A stretch of 64,000 nucleotides of DNA from Candidatus Latescibacterota bacterium. GTDB lineage: Bacteria > Latescibacterota > UBA2968. Numbering within the stretch: position 1 is the stretch's first letter; each line of letters starts with the position of its first letter. This document shows, piece by piece, positions 1 through 8,771 of the stretch. Location: assembly GCA_965116885.1 (NCBI GenBank), contig OZ220741.1:3520001-3584000 (forward strand). The letters run 5' to 3'. Made by a program: the position numbers and the translations under genes. The notes beneath the pieces are model-generated. The model was given only the letters and a program-made list of their open reading frames with translations, was not told the DNA's origin and ran no database searches.

Positions 1-1
1 T

Positions 2-34
2 CGAATCTGGGCAGAACGGAACAATCTTGTGTAG
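2..34 (+). CDS. 3' end of an upstream gene (partial), possibly a sulfatase
   Basis: Frame 2 reads RIWAERNNLV then TAG at 32-34. The W-A-E-R tail resembles sulfatase C-termini, but it is very short. Confidence 0.25.
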   Translation, partial: RIWAERNNLV

Positions 35-142
35 CGAGCGGCGACTATCGAGTACGAGCCCGGTCGTCTCTTCGTCATTTACTGGGGACATGAGCCTGGC
101 GAGGTGAGTTGTATCCAGGGGACCTATATTAGTCTAACATAA
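35..142 (+). pseudogene. Orphan 3' gene fragment, sialidase/BNR-like C-terminus
   Basis: The frame RAATIEYEPGRLFVIYWGHEPGEVSCIQGTYISLT* has no start codon, begins right after a stop, and ends at the RBS (AAAAGGAG) of the next gene. Confidence 0.3.
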
Positions 143-153
143 AAGGAGTTGAA

Positions 154-1401
154 ATGAATCGCTCTGTTCTGGACTGGCCAACAGGCGTTACCGTCTATCA
201 CCCCGACCGGTGTTACAACGGGTACACGCTCGTTCACGGACGAGGACCCTGGGATCCCGTGCGTGGTATCTCGGCCGAACAGGTCGATCGATGGCACTTG
301 ATAGACATGGAAGGTCAGGTGGTTCACGAGTTCTACGGCAACCCGGCGACGCAGCGCGGCTCTCAGCTATTTGAACGCGTTGCAAACGGCCACTATATCA
401 GCAATGGAGCCTCCATCATAGAGCAGGACTGGGATGGAAATATTGTCTGGTCTCTGTCCTCGGACTTCCGCAAGGATGCGCGACCAACGGGTTTCCATCA
501 CGACATCCAGAAGACTTCTGAGCACACCTATCTCGCCATGGTCGCGGATCGCGTGGATGCCCCTCAGGTATCGCGCGTCACACTCAAAGACGATCACATT
601 ATGGAAATTACTTCGGAGGGTGAGATCGTCTGGGAATGGTGGGGGCATCACCACCTACAAGAATTCGGATTCAGCGATCGTGCGAAGCAGATCATATTTG
701 AAACGGGCGGAGGGCAACAGCCCAGACAGGAAGGAGACTGGCTCCATTTGAATACGCTTCACACACTTCCCGACAATCCCTTGTATGATCAGGGCGATAC
801 GAGATTCAAGCCGGGAAATATTCTCAGTTGTTCCAGAAATGGAAATCAGATATTCATCATCGAGAAATCGACTGGAAACATCGTCTGGAAGTGGGGCTAT
901 TTGGACCAGATGGAAACCATGTGGCTGAACGGGACCGAAGGGCAGAATCAATATCTGGTAGGGCCACACGATCCCAAAATGCTGCACAATGGAAATATCC
1001 TGATCTACGACAATGGAGGCGGTACGGGCTATCCTCCGATTAACCGATTCTACACCCGGCTTGTAGAAATCAATCCCATAAGTGGAGAAGTCGTATGGGA
1101 ATATGCCGCGGGGCCTCAGGCCAGCAAGTTTCTGAGCATTGTTACCGGCGGTGTGCAGCGCCTCCCGAATGGGAACACGCTGAGCCTGGATACGGACAAG
1201 GGACGGATCTTCGAAGTGACCTGGGAAGGTGAAATCGTGTGGGAATACATCAATCCGAGAGGCGGATTCTACAGAACCCAGCGCATTGCCTATCCCGATT
1301 GCCCACTGGACCCTCCTGACCCGAAGCCCGCAGATCTCCCGGTTCCCGACCATCTCGGCCTGCCGGTATCAGACACTCTGGATTACTGTCCATCTCTTTG
1401 A
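154..1401 (+). CDS. Aryl-sulfate sulfotransferase (ASST) family protein
   Basis: 415 aa with RBS AGGAG. Motifs PTGVTVYHPDRCYNGYTL, FHHD, DWLHLN, GPHDP, YDNG and QRLPNGNTL, plus repeated GEIVWE propeller blades. No signal peptide. Confidence 0.88.
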   Translation: MNRSVLDWPTGVTVYHPDRCYNGYTLVHGRGPWDPVRGISAEQVDRWHLIDMEGQVVHEFYGNPATQRGSQLFERVANGHYISNGASIIEQDWDGNIVWSLSSDFRKDARPTGFHHDIQKTSEHTYLAMVADRVDAPQVSRVTLKDDHIMEITSEGEIVWEWWGHHHLQEFGFSDRAKQIIFETGGGQQPRQEGDWLHLNTLHTLPDNPLYDQGDTRFKPGNILSCSRNGNQIFIIEKSTGNIVWKWGYLDQMETMWLNGTEGQNQYLVGPHDPKMLHNGNILIYDNGGGTGYPPINRFYTRLVEINPISGEVVWEYAAGPQASKFLSIVTGGVQRLPNGNTLSLDTDKGRIFEVTWEGEIVWEYINPRGGFYRTQRIAYPDCPLDPPDPKPADLPVPDHLGLPVSDTLDYCPSL

Positions 1402-1429
1402 TGTCACCTTTCATCCCGACTACAGGATT

Positions 1430-2362
1430 ATGCCCATGTCCGATTACACGTTTAAACTCGCCATGTTCACGACCGAACTGAGACTGCCCTATGACCGGGC
1501 GTTTCCCAAGGCGAAAGAGGTTGGCGCGGATCGCCTCTGGTACGCGCCTTCGGGGGGCGACCTTCCGTTCGAAGCCATGACCGACGCGGATATGGACCGC
1601 ATCGGCGCGTGTGCGGAGCAGCATCAAACGGATATTTTCCTGCTCTGCGGAGGCCGTAAGTTTAAAACCGTGCATCTCAGCGATCTGGATCTGGACGATA
1701 TGGCCGAACACCCCGAATTCCGGGAAGCCCGAGAGGAATTGACCGCCGCCATGAAGATGGCCGCCCGGCTCAAAATTCCGGCAGTGGCCACGTTTACATT
1801 TGCTTGGCCGGGTGAATATACCGCCGGTAAGCCGACCTGGCCCATGCGATGGATGACCCGCGGCGGCGTCATTTCCGATCTGGATATGGACAAACTGGTC
1901 CGGGCGTTTACGCTGCTGGTCGAAGACGCGGACCGCTACGATGTGGATCTGCCGCTGTGCATGATGCCGTGGAATTACACGAATACCACGGAACACATGC
2001 GGCAGGTGATTGAGGCGGTTGGTTCATCTCGCCTGAAAACGGTCTGGGGGCCAGCGGATACCATGAATTGCGGCGAATCGGATACCGCCACCCGCGGATT
2101 TCAGAATGTCCGTCCGTATCTTCATACGCTCCACATAAAAGATCTGAAAGTCATAGACGGTCTGAAATGCGAGTTTGAATACTGTCCCATCGGCGAAGGG
2201 GACGTGGATTTTCCGACGGTACTGCGGAACCTGCGCGATTATCAGATCGATGCGGTGATATCCATTGCCACCCATTTCAAGCCGGAAAGCGGATCGGCGG
2301 AAGAAGCGATGCGTATCAACTTTGCCAATATGAAAGCGTTGATCGGTGGGGTAGGGGACTGA
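1430..2362 (+). CDS. Sugar phosphate isomerase/epimerase (xylose isomerase-like TIM barrel), copy 1
   Basis: Motifs HTLHIKD and PIGEGDVDF. Start re-assigned to ATG 1430 (or 1436) after AGGA, by comparison with copy 2. Confidence 0.85.
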   Translation: MPMSDYTFKLAMFTTELRLPYDRAFPKAKEVGADRLWYAPSGGDLPFEAMTDADMDRIGACAEQHQTDIFLLCGGRKFKTVHLSDLDLDDMAEHPEFREAREELTAAMKMAARLKIPAVATFTFAWPGEYTAGKPTWPMRWMTRGGVISDLDMDKLVRAFTLLVEDADRYDVDLPLCMMPWNYTNTTEHMRQVIEAVGSSRLKTVWGPADTMNCGESDTATRGFQNVRPYLHTLHIKDLKVIDGLKCEFEYCPIGEGDVDFPTVLRNLRDYQIDAVISIATHFKPESGSAEEAMRINFANMKALIGGVGD

Positions 2363-2369
2363 TTCTCGA

Positions 2370-3422
2370 TCATTGTGGTACAGCGCTGCTCATGAACCCT
2401 TCATTTCTCACCAGTACCTGGAGATCCAGGTTTGTCAGGGGGAAATCCACCCGGGCGTTGCCCAACCGCTCCGATTCGTGAAGAGAAAGCACCATTTCCA
2501 GTGCAGCCCGTCCATCTTCTCCAGTGGATATTGTGTCCTGATCGCGGTCGAGGCTTTCTGCAATCTCCTCTACTGACAATGGGATCACACATCGGCCTAC
2601 GTTCGTTGTATTCAGCTTGTGTTCCTCTGGTATTTCGGGAAATTTTTCCTCTTTATTTTTTACGAAGAGCTTGAACTGGCGTGGCCGTGTATTGGCCACC
2701 GTTATCCGTCCCCTGGATCCCAACAATTCAAATAGGTGCTGGGCGCTCGCTCCGGCAGATCCATTTACAATGCATTGTACGCCATTTTGAAACTGAAAGT
2801 ACCCGGCGCCACGGGGATCCAGCGCATCTGGATCCAATAGGTGACCGGTTGCCCACGCGACATCGCCTGCAAAGAAGCGCAGCATGTCAAAATAGTGGGT
2901 TCCGTTGTTGGCAAGTCCGGCGCTGTACTGGAGCGTCATCGCCTGAAGGGAGCCGATTACCTCCTGATCGATTAGTTCCTTAATTTGGCGAAATTGCCAA
3001 TCCCATCGGCGCGTGTGGTTAATGCTCAGCTTTACGTTGTTTTTCCGGCAAGCATCAATCATTTCGTCTGCCTCTCGCAACGTAGTCGCCATCGCCTTCT
3101 CACAGAATATGGCTTTTACGCCTGACTGAGCCGCGGCAACAACGATATCCCGATGCGGTATGGGATAGGTGCAAACACTCACGATATCCAGTTTCTCAGT
3201 ATCCAGCATTTCCCGCCAATCCGTGTACAGACCCGGAACATCCCATTTGCCTCCAAAACTCTGTCGGCGTTCATCGTCCCGATCTGCTGCTGCGACAATA
3301 CGGGTTCGATCACAGTGGTTGTAACAACCCGCATGAGTGTTCGGCGTTCCGCGATGTGTTTCCTGTTCCAGTAGGCTTGAAATCCTGCCACAGCCGATAA
3401 CACCAACGTTATAAACTTGCAT
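2370..3422 (-). CDS. Gfo/Idh/MocA family oxidoreductase, copy 1
   Basis: GVIGCGRI Rossmann motif, CEKAMA, NHTRRW and GTHYFD. Confidence 0.92.
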   Translation of the reverse strand: MQVYNVGVIGCGRISSLLEQETHRGTPNTHAGCYNHCDRTRIVAAADRDDERRQSFGGKWDVPGLYTDWREMLDTEKLDIVSVCTYPIPHRDIVVAAAQSGVKAIFCEKAMATTLREADEMIDACRKNNVKLSINHTRRWDWQFRQIKELIDQEVIGSLQAMTLQYSAGLANNGTHYFDMLRFFAGDVAWATGHLLDPDALDPRGAGYFQFQNGVQCIVNGSAGASAQHLFELLGSRGRITVANTRPRQFKLFVKNKEEKFPEIPEEHKLNTTNVGRCVIPLSVEEIAESLDRDQDTISTGEDGRAALEMVLSLHESERLGNARVDFPLTNLDLQVLVRNEGFMSSAVPQ

Positions 3423-3491
3423 AGAAAGCTCCGGGGAATGTTGTGGGAAGAACTCGTTTTCAAGATCTCAGATCACAATCAAAATATTACA

Positions 3492-5039
3492 CTAATGTAC
3501 TCCTAAGGCAAAGAGTTCTCGACGTGTTTTGGGGTAGTCTTGTTCGATAATTAAATCCAGCAGTCGGTCTCGTAAATGTATCCTGGTCTCCGCAAAGGCA
3601 GGGTCGGCCACGAGATTATGTTGTTCATCCGGATCTTTGAGTAAGTCAAAGAGTTGCTCACCATAACCATCGGGATAGTAGGTATATCGATATTGATCCG
3701 TGCGCACTGTGCGTGCCCATTGACCGAAATGTATTGAGTTAATGTGATTGTAGCTTTCACAATAAGCAGCCGTTCGCCAATCTTCTGGCGCACCGGTAGC
3801 ACACAGCGGCAACAGGGACCGGCCTGGTAGTATCGGAAATTCCCCGGCTTTAATTATGGGGTGATTTGCCTTTTGGGGCATATTCGGCATGTGTTGCCCT
3901 GTGGCATCCAGGATGGTCGGGCAAATATCTTCGTGTTGCACAATGGCATCACATGTTAGCCCAGTCGATAATCCGGGTCCTGAAATGATCAAAGGAACCC
4001 GAATACACGTATCATAGTGTTTTTCTTCCTTGGACTTGAAGCCATGATCAAAGCACATCTCGCCGTGATCTGAGAGGAATATGATGTACGTGTTGTCGAG
4101 ACGGTTGGTGGTTTCGAGGGCTTCCAGAACACGGCCCAATTGTTCATCCAGGTGACACAGATCAGCAAAGTAACAATGCCGAGCATATTCCCAATCGCCC
4201 GTCATAGGCTTACGCCGTGACAGTTCTTTGGGGGCGTGCGGATCGTCCACCCATTCTGCTGGTACTGGTTCTGGTATTTTGTCGGCGTTGACACGAGATA
4301 AATACTCTGCCGGTACATGAAAAGGGCCGTGTGGTTGTACATAGCTGATTTGTGCAAAAAACGGCTGATCAGCATCCATATTGTGGATAAAGTTCAGCGC
4401 GTGCATCGTGATCCAGTTTGTCTGACAGACCTCCTGGGGAAACGGTAAGGTTGAAGCGCCAAACGTATTGCGAGGGTGTTCGTCTGTGGCCCATTGAAAG
4501 TCTTTGCGAATATTCTCAATCCGGGTGCGCAGGGCCCGTCGATCTTGACCGTATGCAGCAAATTCTGGGATCTGAGTTGGCCAGATTGTGGCCAGCACCG
4601 CCTCGTAGTGTTCGGGGTGATTTTCTTCGACCCAGTCCAACCACTCGCCGCCTCTCGAATCCTCTGTGATGTGCGTCTCGTCGAACCCATAAGGCTTGTA
4701 ATCTGGATAGAGGCCGCGATAATGGGGTTGAAAATGGACCTTGCCAAAGGCACCGGTGCGCCAGCCGCCTTTTTGAAGCATCTGCATAAAGGTCGGCAAT
4801 TTGGGATCTAACTGGTACCCATTTTCCAACACACCATGGCCTCGTGTTGTTAAACCTGTCGCAAACGTCGCGCGCGATGCCATACATACAGGGTTGTTGG
4901 CGAAGGCTTGTGTAAAAGTTACACCGCGTGTTTTTAAACCACGGATATTTGGCAGATCACACACGCCTTCCTCAGACTTTTCTATCCATTTGGCCGATAG
5001 TTGGTCAACCATAAAGAGTACAACATTGGGGTTATTCAT
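3492..5039 (-). CDS. Sulfatase (formylglycine-dependent)
   Basis: PNVVLFMVDQ, CMASR (CxAxR), GKVH, SDHGE and LFDLLKDPDE. Confidence 0.93.
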   Translation of the reverse strand: MNNPNVVLFMVDQLSAKWIEKSEEGVCDLPNIRGLKTRGVTFTQAFANNPVCMASRATFATGLTTRGHGVLENGYQLDPKLPTFMQMLQKGGWRTGAFGKVHFQPHYRGLYPDYKPYGFDETHITEDSRGGEWLDWVEENHPEHYEAVLATIWPTQIPEFAAYGQDRRALRTRIENIRKDFQWATDEHPRNTFGASTLPFPQEVCQTNWITMHALNFIHNMDADQPFFAQISYVQPHGPFHVPAEYLSRVNADKIPEPVPAEWVDDPHAPKELSRRKPMTGDWEYARHCYFADLCHLDEQLGRVLEALETTNRLDNTYIIFLSDHGEMCFDHGFKSKEEKHYDTCIRVPLIISGPGLSTGLTCDAIVQHEDICPTILDATGQHMPNMPQKANHPIIKAGEFPILPGRSLLPLCATGAPEDWRTAAYCESYNHINSIHFGQWARTVRTDQYRYTYYPDGYGEQLFDLLKDPDEQHNLVADPAFAETRIHLRDRLLDLIIEQDYPKTRRELFALGVH

Positions 5040-5127
5040 TGATTTTCTCCTGCGAAAATTCCATTCAACGCTGAACCATTACATACCTGACAGGTGTGTC
5101 ATCTATCGGGATTAACGAGGCATTTTT

Positions 5128-6027
5128 TCAATAACTCAGATCACAGTCAAATCGAACGAGATATGGCCGTCCAAGATGATGCGCCATGGATATGCCCCAG
5201 GTCACACCGGGTCCTGCGCCTTCAACAAAGTTATCAGCCCGAAAGGGACCAGGGGCACTCGGGGGAGAGGTATCCGCTATTTTTTGAAAATGGACACCGT
5301 CATTGCTATACTGTAAGGTGTTGCCCTGGGGTCCCACATTAGAGACCAGACATCCGACGCCATTGCCGTGGGGCCAGACGCAGACCTCGTGACCACTGTC
5401 CAACACCGGGTTCTCAGAATGTTTGATATAGGGACCTGTCGGCTCACTGGCAATCGCCAACCCCATCCTGGTTTCATTTGGCTTGCGGTTCATCTGTCGG
5501 CCCTTGTAATACATCCAGTATTTTCCGTCTCGAGCGATCAGGCACGTGTCGTCAACCCGCATGCTGTCAAAAATTTCCGGATTGTCGCTGGGCCGCAACA
5601 CTGGATTGCCTTCAAACCGAACCCACGGTCCCCGAGGTGAATCTGCTACTGCAATACCAATGGCGGTCTTTGTTCCATTCGGACCGCCATTATCATTGTT
5701 GAACGGCTCAGGTACCGCTGTGTAAAACAAATAGTATTGACCGCCTGAGACAAGAATCGTGGGTGTGAATACAGCGTGCTCATCGAATGCACCTTTTGCA
5801 CCTTTGGGAAGCGCTTCTCCTTCCTCAGACCAGGTCACACCGTCGGGGCTTGTAGAATACCAGATTGAAGCGGAGTAGCCATCAAACGATTCTTCGGTGC
5901 GAGAATACCAAACATAGTACGTGCCATCCACCTGAATTACCGGGCTTGGATCTCTCCGCGTAACACCATCCTCGAAAGCCACCGCAGTTGCGTATGTAAA
6001 TCCATCGAAATGAGCAAATTTACTCAT
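5128..6027 (-). CDS. GH117-like five-bladed beta-propeller glycoside hydrolase
   Basis: TRRDPS, HAVFTP, YYKG and SGHEV motifs typical of GH117. No signal peptide. Confidence 0.8.
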   Translation of the reverse strand: MSKFAHFDGFTYATAVAFEDGVTRRDPSPVIQVDGTYYVWYSRTEESFDGYSASIWYSTSPDGVTWSEEGEALPKGAKGAFDEHAVFTPTILVSGGQYYLFYTAVPEPFNNDNGGPNGTKTAIGIAVADSPRGPWVRFEGNPVLRPSDNPEIFDSMRVDDTCLIARDGKYWMYYKGRQMNRKPNETRMGLAIASEPTGPYIKHSENPVLDSGHEVCVWPHGNGVGCLVSNVGPQGNTLQYSNDGVHFQKIADTSPPSAPGPFRADNFVEGAGPGVTWGISMAHHLGRPYLVRFDCDLSY

Positions 6028-6058
6028 ACGTATTCCTTAGCAGCAAGAATTCGGCATC

Positions 6059-6447
6059 TTAATTTCTCACGCCAGTTTATGTCCTATTGTAATCGTAGGG
6101 CCGGTTTCGGAAGAGGTAGTCTATCGGTTCATCTACAAAAATTATGTTCGGGTCCAGGTCGCTTTCTGCAAAGGCGGTTTCACAACCGGTATTGAACCGG
6201 AGAGGGGGAAGGGGGGCGGCTCCTGCTGGACGTTTCCCCAAACGAAGTTATGGGGTGGCGCAGGGGCGTTCATGATCTTCTCTATGTCTTCGGTCATCCG
6301 CTCACAGAGAAGGTCGAGGTGTTCGTGCGCGACCACTGCATTGAGGATGATGTAGCCCTCCGTTCGAATGGCATCGAGGGCCTGTTTCAGGTGCGCGTCG
6401 GTGAGAGATTCGGCTGCGTGCTCTTCCGGTGTGACGGTGATTTCCAC
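6059..6447 (-). pseudogene. PhyH-family dioxygenase pseudogene (internally deleted copy of 9974-10843)
   Basis: Both ends are near-identical to 9974-10843. 481 bp are missing between two GGGGGAAGG copies, causing a frameshift after PPPFP. Confidence 0.95.
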
Positions 6448-6503
6448 GGCTACTCCCTTCCTGCGGTGCTTGCATCGTGCTATTAAAAAGGGAATTATGT
6501 AGC

Positions 6504-6565
6504 AAAGTAGCATAATGCCTTATTTTGTCAAACTATTTGACAGCCTTGAATGCCCTGTCTATCAT
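6504..6565. promoter_or_regulatory. Back-to-back divergent sigma70-type promoters
   Basis: Plus strand: TTGACA (6537-6542), 17 bp, TATCAT (6560-6565). Minus strand: TTGACA (6531-6526), 16 bp, TACTTT with an upstream TG. The two -35 boxes form the palindrome TGTCAAA-CTA-TTTGACA. Confidence 0.7.
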
Positions 6566-6649
6566 GTAAAATAAGCAGGGCATTTTTCATTTTGGAGTTG
6601 CCCCCAAAACGGGTCAAGTCCAGTCACCCTTCATCCCGACTACAGGATT

Positions 6650-7582
6650 ATGCTCATGTCCGATTATACGTTTAAACTTGCCATGTTCACGACCGAACTG
6701 AGACTGCCCTATGACCGGGCATTTCCCAAAGCGAAAGAGATTGGCGCGAACCACCTCTGGTACGCGCCTTCGGGGGGCGATCTTCCGTTCGAAGCCATGA
6801 CCGACGCGGATATGGATCGCATCGGCGCGTGCGCCGAGCAGCATCAAACGAAGATTTTCCTGCTCTGCGGAGGCCGTAAGTTTAAAACCGTGCATCTCAG
6901 CGATCTGGATCTGGACGATATGGCCGAACATCCCGAATTCCAGGAAGCCCGAGAGGAATTGACCGCCGCCATGAAGATGGCCGCCCGGCTCAAAATTCCG
7001 GCAGTGGCCACGTTTACATTTGCTTGGCCGGGTGAATATACCGCCGGTAAGCCGACCTGGCCCATGCGATGGATGACCCGCGGCGGCGTCATTTCCGATC
7101 TGGATATGGACAAACTGGTTCAGGCGTTTACGCTGCTGGCCGAAGACGCGGACCGCTACGATGTGGATCTGCCGCTGTGTATGATGCCGTGGAATTACAC
7201 GAATACCACGGAACACATGCGGCAGGTGATTGAGGCAGTCGGTTCACCTCGCCTGAAAACGGTCTGGGGACCGGCGGATACCATGAACTGCGGTGAATCG
7301 GATACCGCCACCCGCGGATTTCAGAATGTCCGTCCGTATCTTCACACGCTCCACATAAAAGATCTGAAAGTCATTGACGGTCTGAAATGCGAGTTTGAAT
7401 ACTGCCCCATCGGTGAAGGGGATGTGGATTTTCCGACGGTACTGCGGAACCTGCGCGATTATCAGATCGATGCGGTGATATCTATCGCCACCCACTTCAA
7501 GCCGGAAAGCGGATCGGCGGAAGAAGCGATGCGTATCAATTTTGCCAATATGAAGGCGTTGATCGGTGGGGTAGGGGACTGA
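6650..7582 (+). CDS. Sugar phosphate isomerase/epimerase, copy 2
   Basis: About 9 aa differences from copy 1. Intact and downstream of the promoter at 6537-6565. Confidence 0.87.
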   Translation: MLMSDYTFKLAMFTTELRLPYDRAFPKAKEIGANHLWYAPSGGDLPFEAMTDADMDRIGACAEQHQTKIFLLCGGRKFKTVHLSDLDLDDMAEHPEFQEAREELTAAMKMAARLKIPAVATFTFAWPGEYTAGKPTWPMRWMTRGGVISDLDMDKLVQAFTLLAEDADRYDVDLPLCMMPWNYTNTTEHMRQVIEAVGSPRLKTVWGPADTMNCGESDTATRGFQNVRPYLHTLHIKDLKVIDGLKCEFEYCPIGEGDVDFPTVLRNLRDYQIDAVISIATHFKPESGSAEEAMRINFANMKALIGGVGD

Positions 7583-7589
7583 TTTTCGA

Positions 7590-8642
7590 TTATTGTGGTA
7601 CAGCGCTGCTCATGAACCCTTCGTTTCTCACCAGTACCTGGAGATCCAGATTTGTCATAGGGAAATCCACCCGGGCGTTGCCCAACCGCTCCGATTCGTG
7701 AAGAGAAAGCACCATTTCCAGCGCCGCTCGTCCATCTTCTCCAGTGGATATTGTGTCCTGATCGCGGTCGAGGCTTTCTACAATCTCCTCTACTGACAAC
7801 GGGATCACACATCGGCCTACGTTCGTTGTATTCAGCTTGTGTTCCTCTGGTATTTCGGGAAATTTTTCCTCTTTATTTTTGACGAAGAGCTTGAACTGAC
7901 GTGGCCGTGTATTGACCACCGTTATTCGTCCCCTGGATCCCAACAATTCAAAGAGGTGCTGGGCGCTCGCTCCGGTAGATCCATTTACAATGCATTGTAC
8001 GCCATTTTGAAAATGAAAGTACCCGGCGCCACGGGGATCCAGCGCATCCGGATCCAATAGGTGACCGGTTGCCCACGCGACATCGCCTGCAAAGAAGCGC
8101 AACATGTCAAAATAGTGGGTTCCGTTGTTGGCAAGCCCGGCACTGTACTGGAGCGTCATCGCCTGAAGGGAGCCGATGACCTCCTGATCGATTAGCGCCT
8201 TAATTTGGCGAAATTGCCAATCCCATCGGCGCGTGTGGTTAATGCTCAGCTTTACGTTGTTTTTCCGGCAAGCATCAATCATTTCGTCTGCCTCGCGCAA
8301 CGTAGTCGCCATCGCCTTCTCACAGAATATGGCTTTTACGCCTGACTGAGCCGCGGCAACAACGATATCCCGATGCGGAATGGGATAGGTGCAAACACTC
8401 ACGATATCCAGTTTCTCAGTATCCAGCATTTCCCGCCAATCCGTGTACAGACCCGGAACATCCCATTTGCCTCCAAAACTCTGTCGGCGTTCATCGTCCC
8501 GATCTGCTGCTGCGACAATACGGGTTCGGTCACAGTGATTGTAACAACCCGCATGAGTGTTCGGCGTTCCGCGATGTGTTTCCTGCTCCAGTAAACTTGA
8601 AATCCTGCCACAGCCGATAACACCAACGTTGTAAACTTGCAT
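7590..8642 (-). CDS. Gfo/Idh/MocA family oxidoreductase, copy 2
   Basis: About 6 aa differences from copy 1. Start set at MQVYNV (8642) to match copy 1. Confidence 0.92.
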   Translation of the reverse strand: MQVYNVGVIGCGRISSLLEQETHRGTPNTHAGCYNHCDRTRIVAAADRDDERRQSFGGKWDVPGLYTDWREMLDTEKLDIVSVCTYPIPHRDIVVAAAQSGVKAIFCEKAMATTLREADEMIDACRKNNVKLSINHTRRWDWQFRQIKALIDQEVIGSLQAMTLQYSAGLANNGTHYFDMLRFFAGDVAWATGHLLDPDALDPRGAGYFHFQNGVQCIVNGSTGASAQHLFELLGSRGRITVVNTRPRQFKLFVKNKEEKFPEIPEEHKLNTTNVGRCVIPLSVEEIVESLDRDQDTISTGEDGRAALEMVLSLHESERLGNARVDFPMTNLDLQVLVRNEGFMSSAVPQ

Positions 8643-8771
8643 AGAAAAACTCCGGGGAATGTTGTGGGAAGAACTCGTTTTCAAGATCTCAGATCACAAT
8701 CCAAACAAAGATTTCTACCTTCATCATTGTACCTTTTTGAAGTTTTTGTATTTTCAAAAACTTTAGTGCGC

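Larger units (their letters stand above)
1403..3480. repeat. Copy 1 of a ~2.08-kb direct repeat (isomerase + Gfo/Idh/MocA + GH117-like 3' remnant)
   Basis: Colinear with 6623-8701 at offset 5220. About 74 differences by manual count (~96% identity), mostly synonymous. Confidence 0.97.
6623..8701. repeat. Copy 2 of the ~2.08-kb direct repeat
   Basis: Colinear with 1403-3480. Confidence 0.97.

Noticed and set aside
8740..8763. AT-rich inverted repeat AAGTTTTTG/CAAAAACTT
   Set aside because: Low complexity and weak stability, so no function can be supported.
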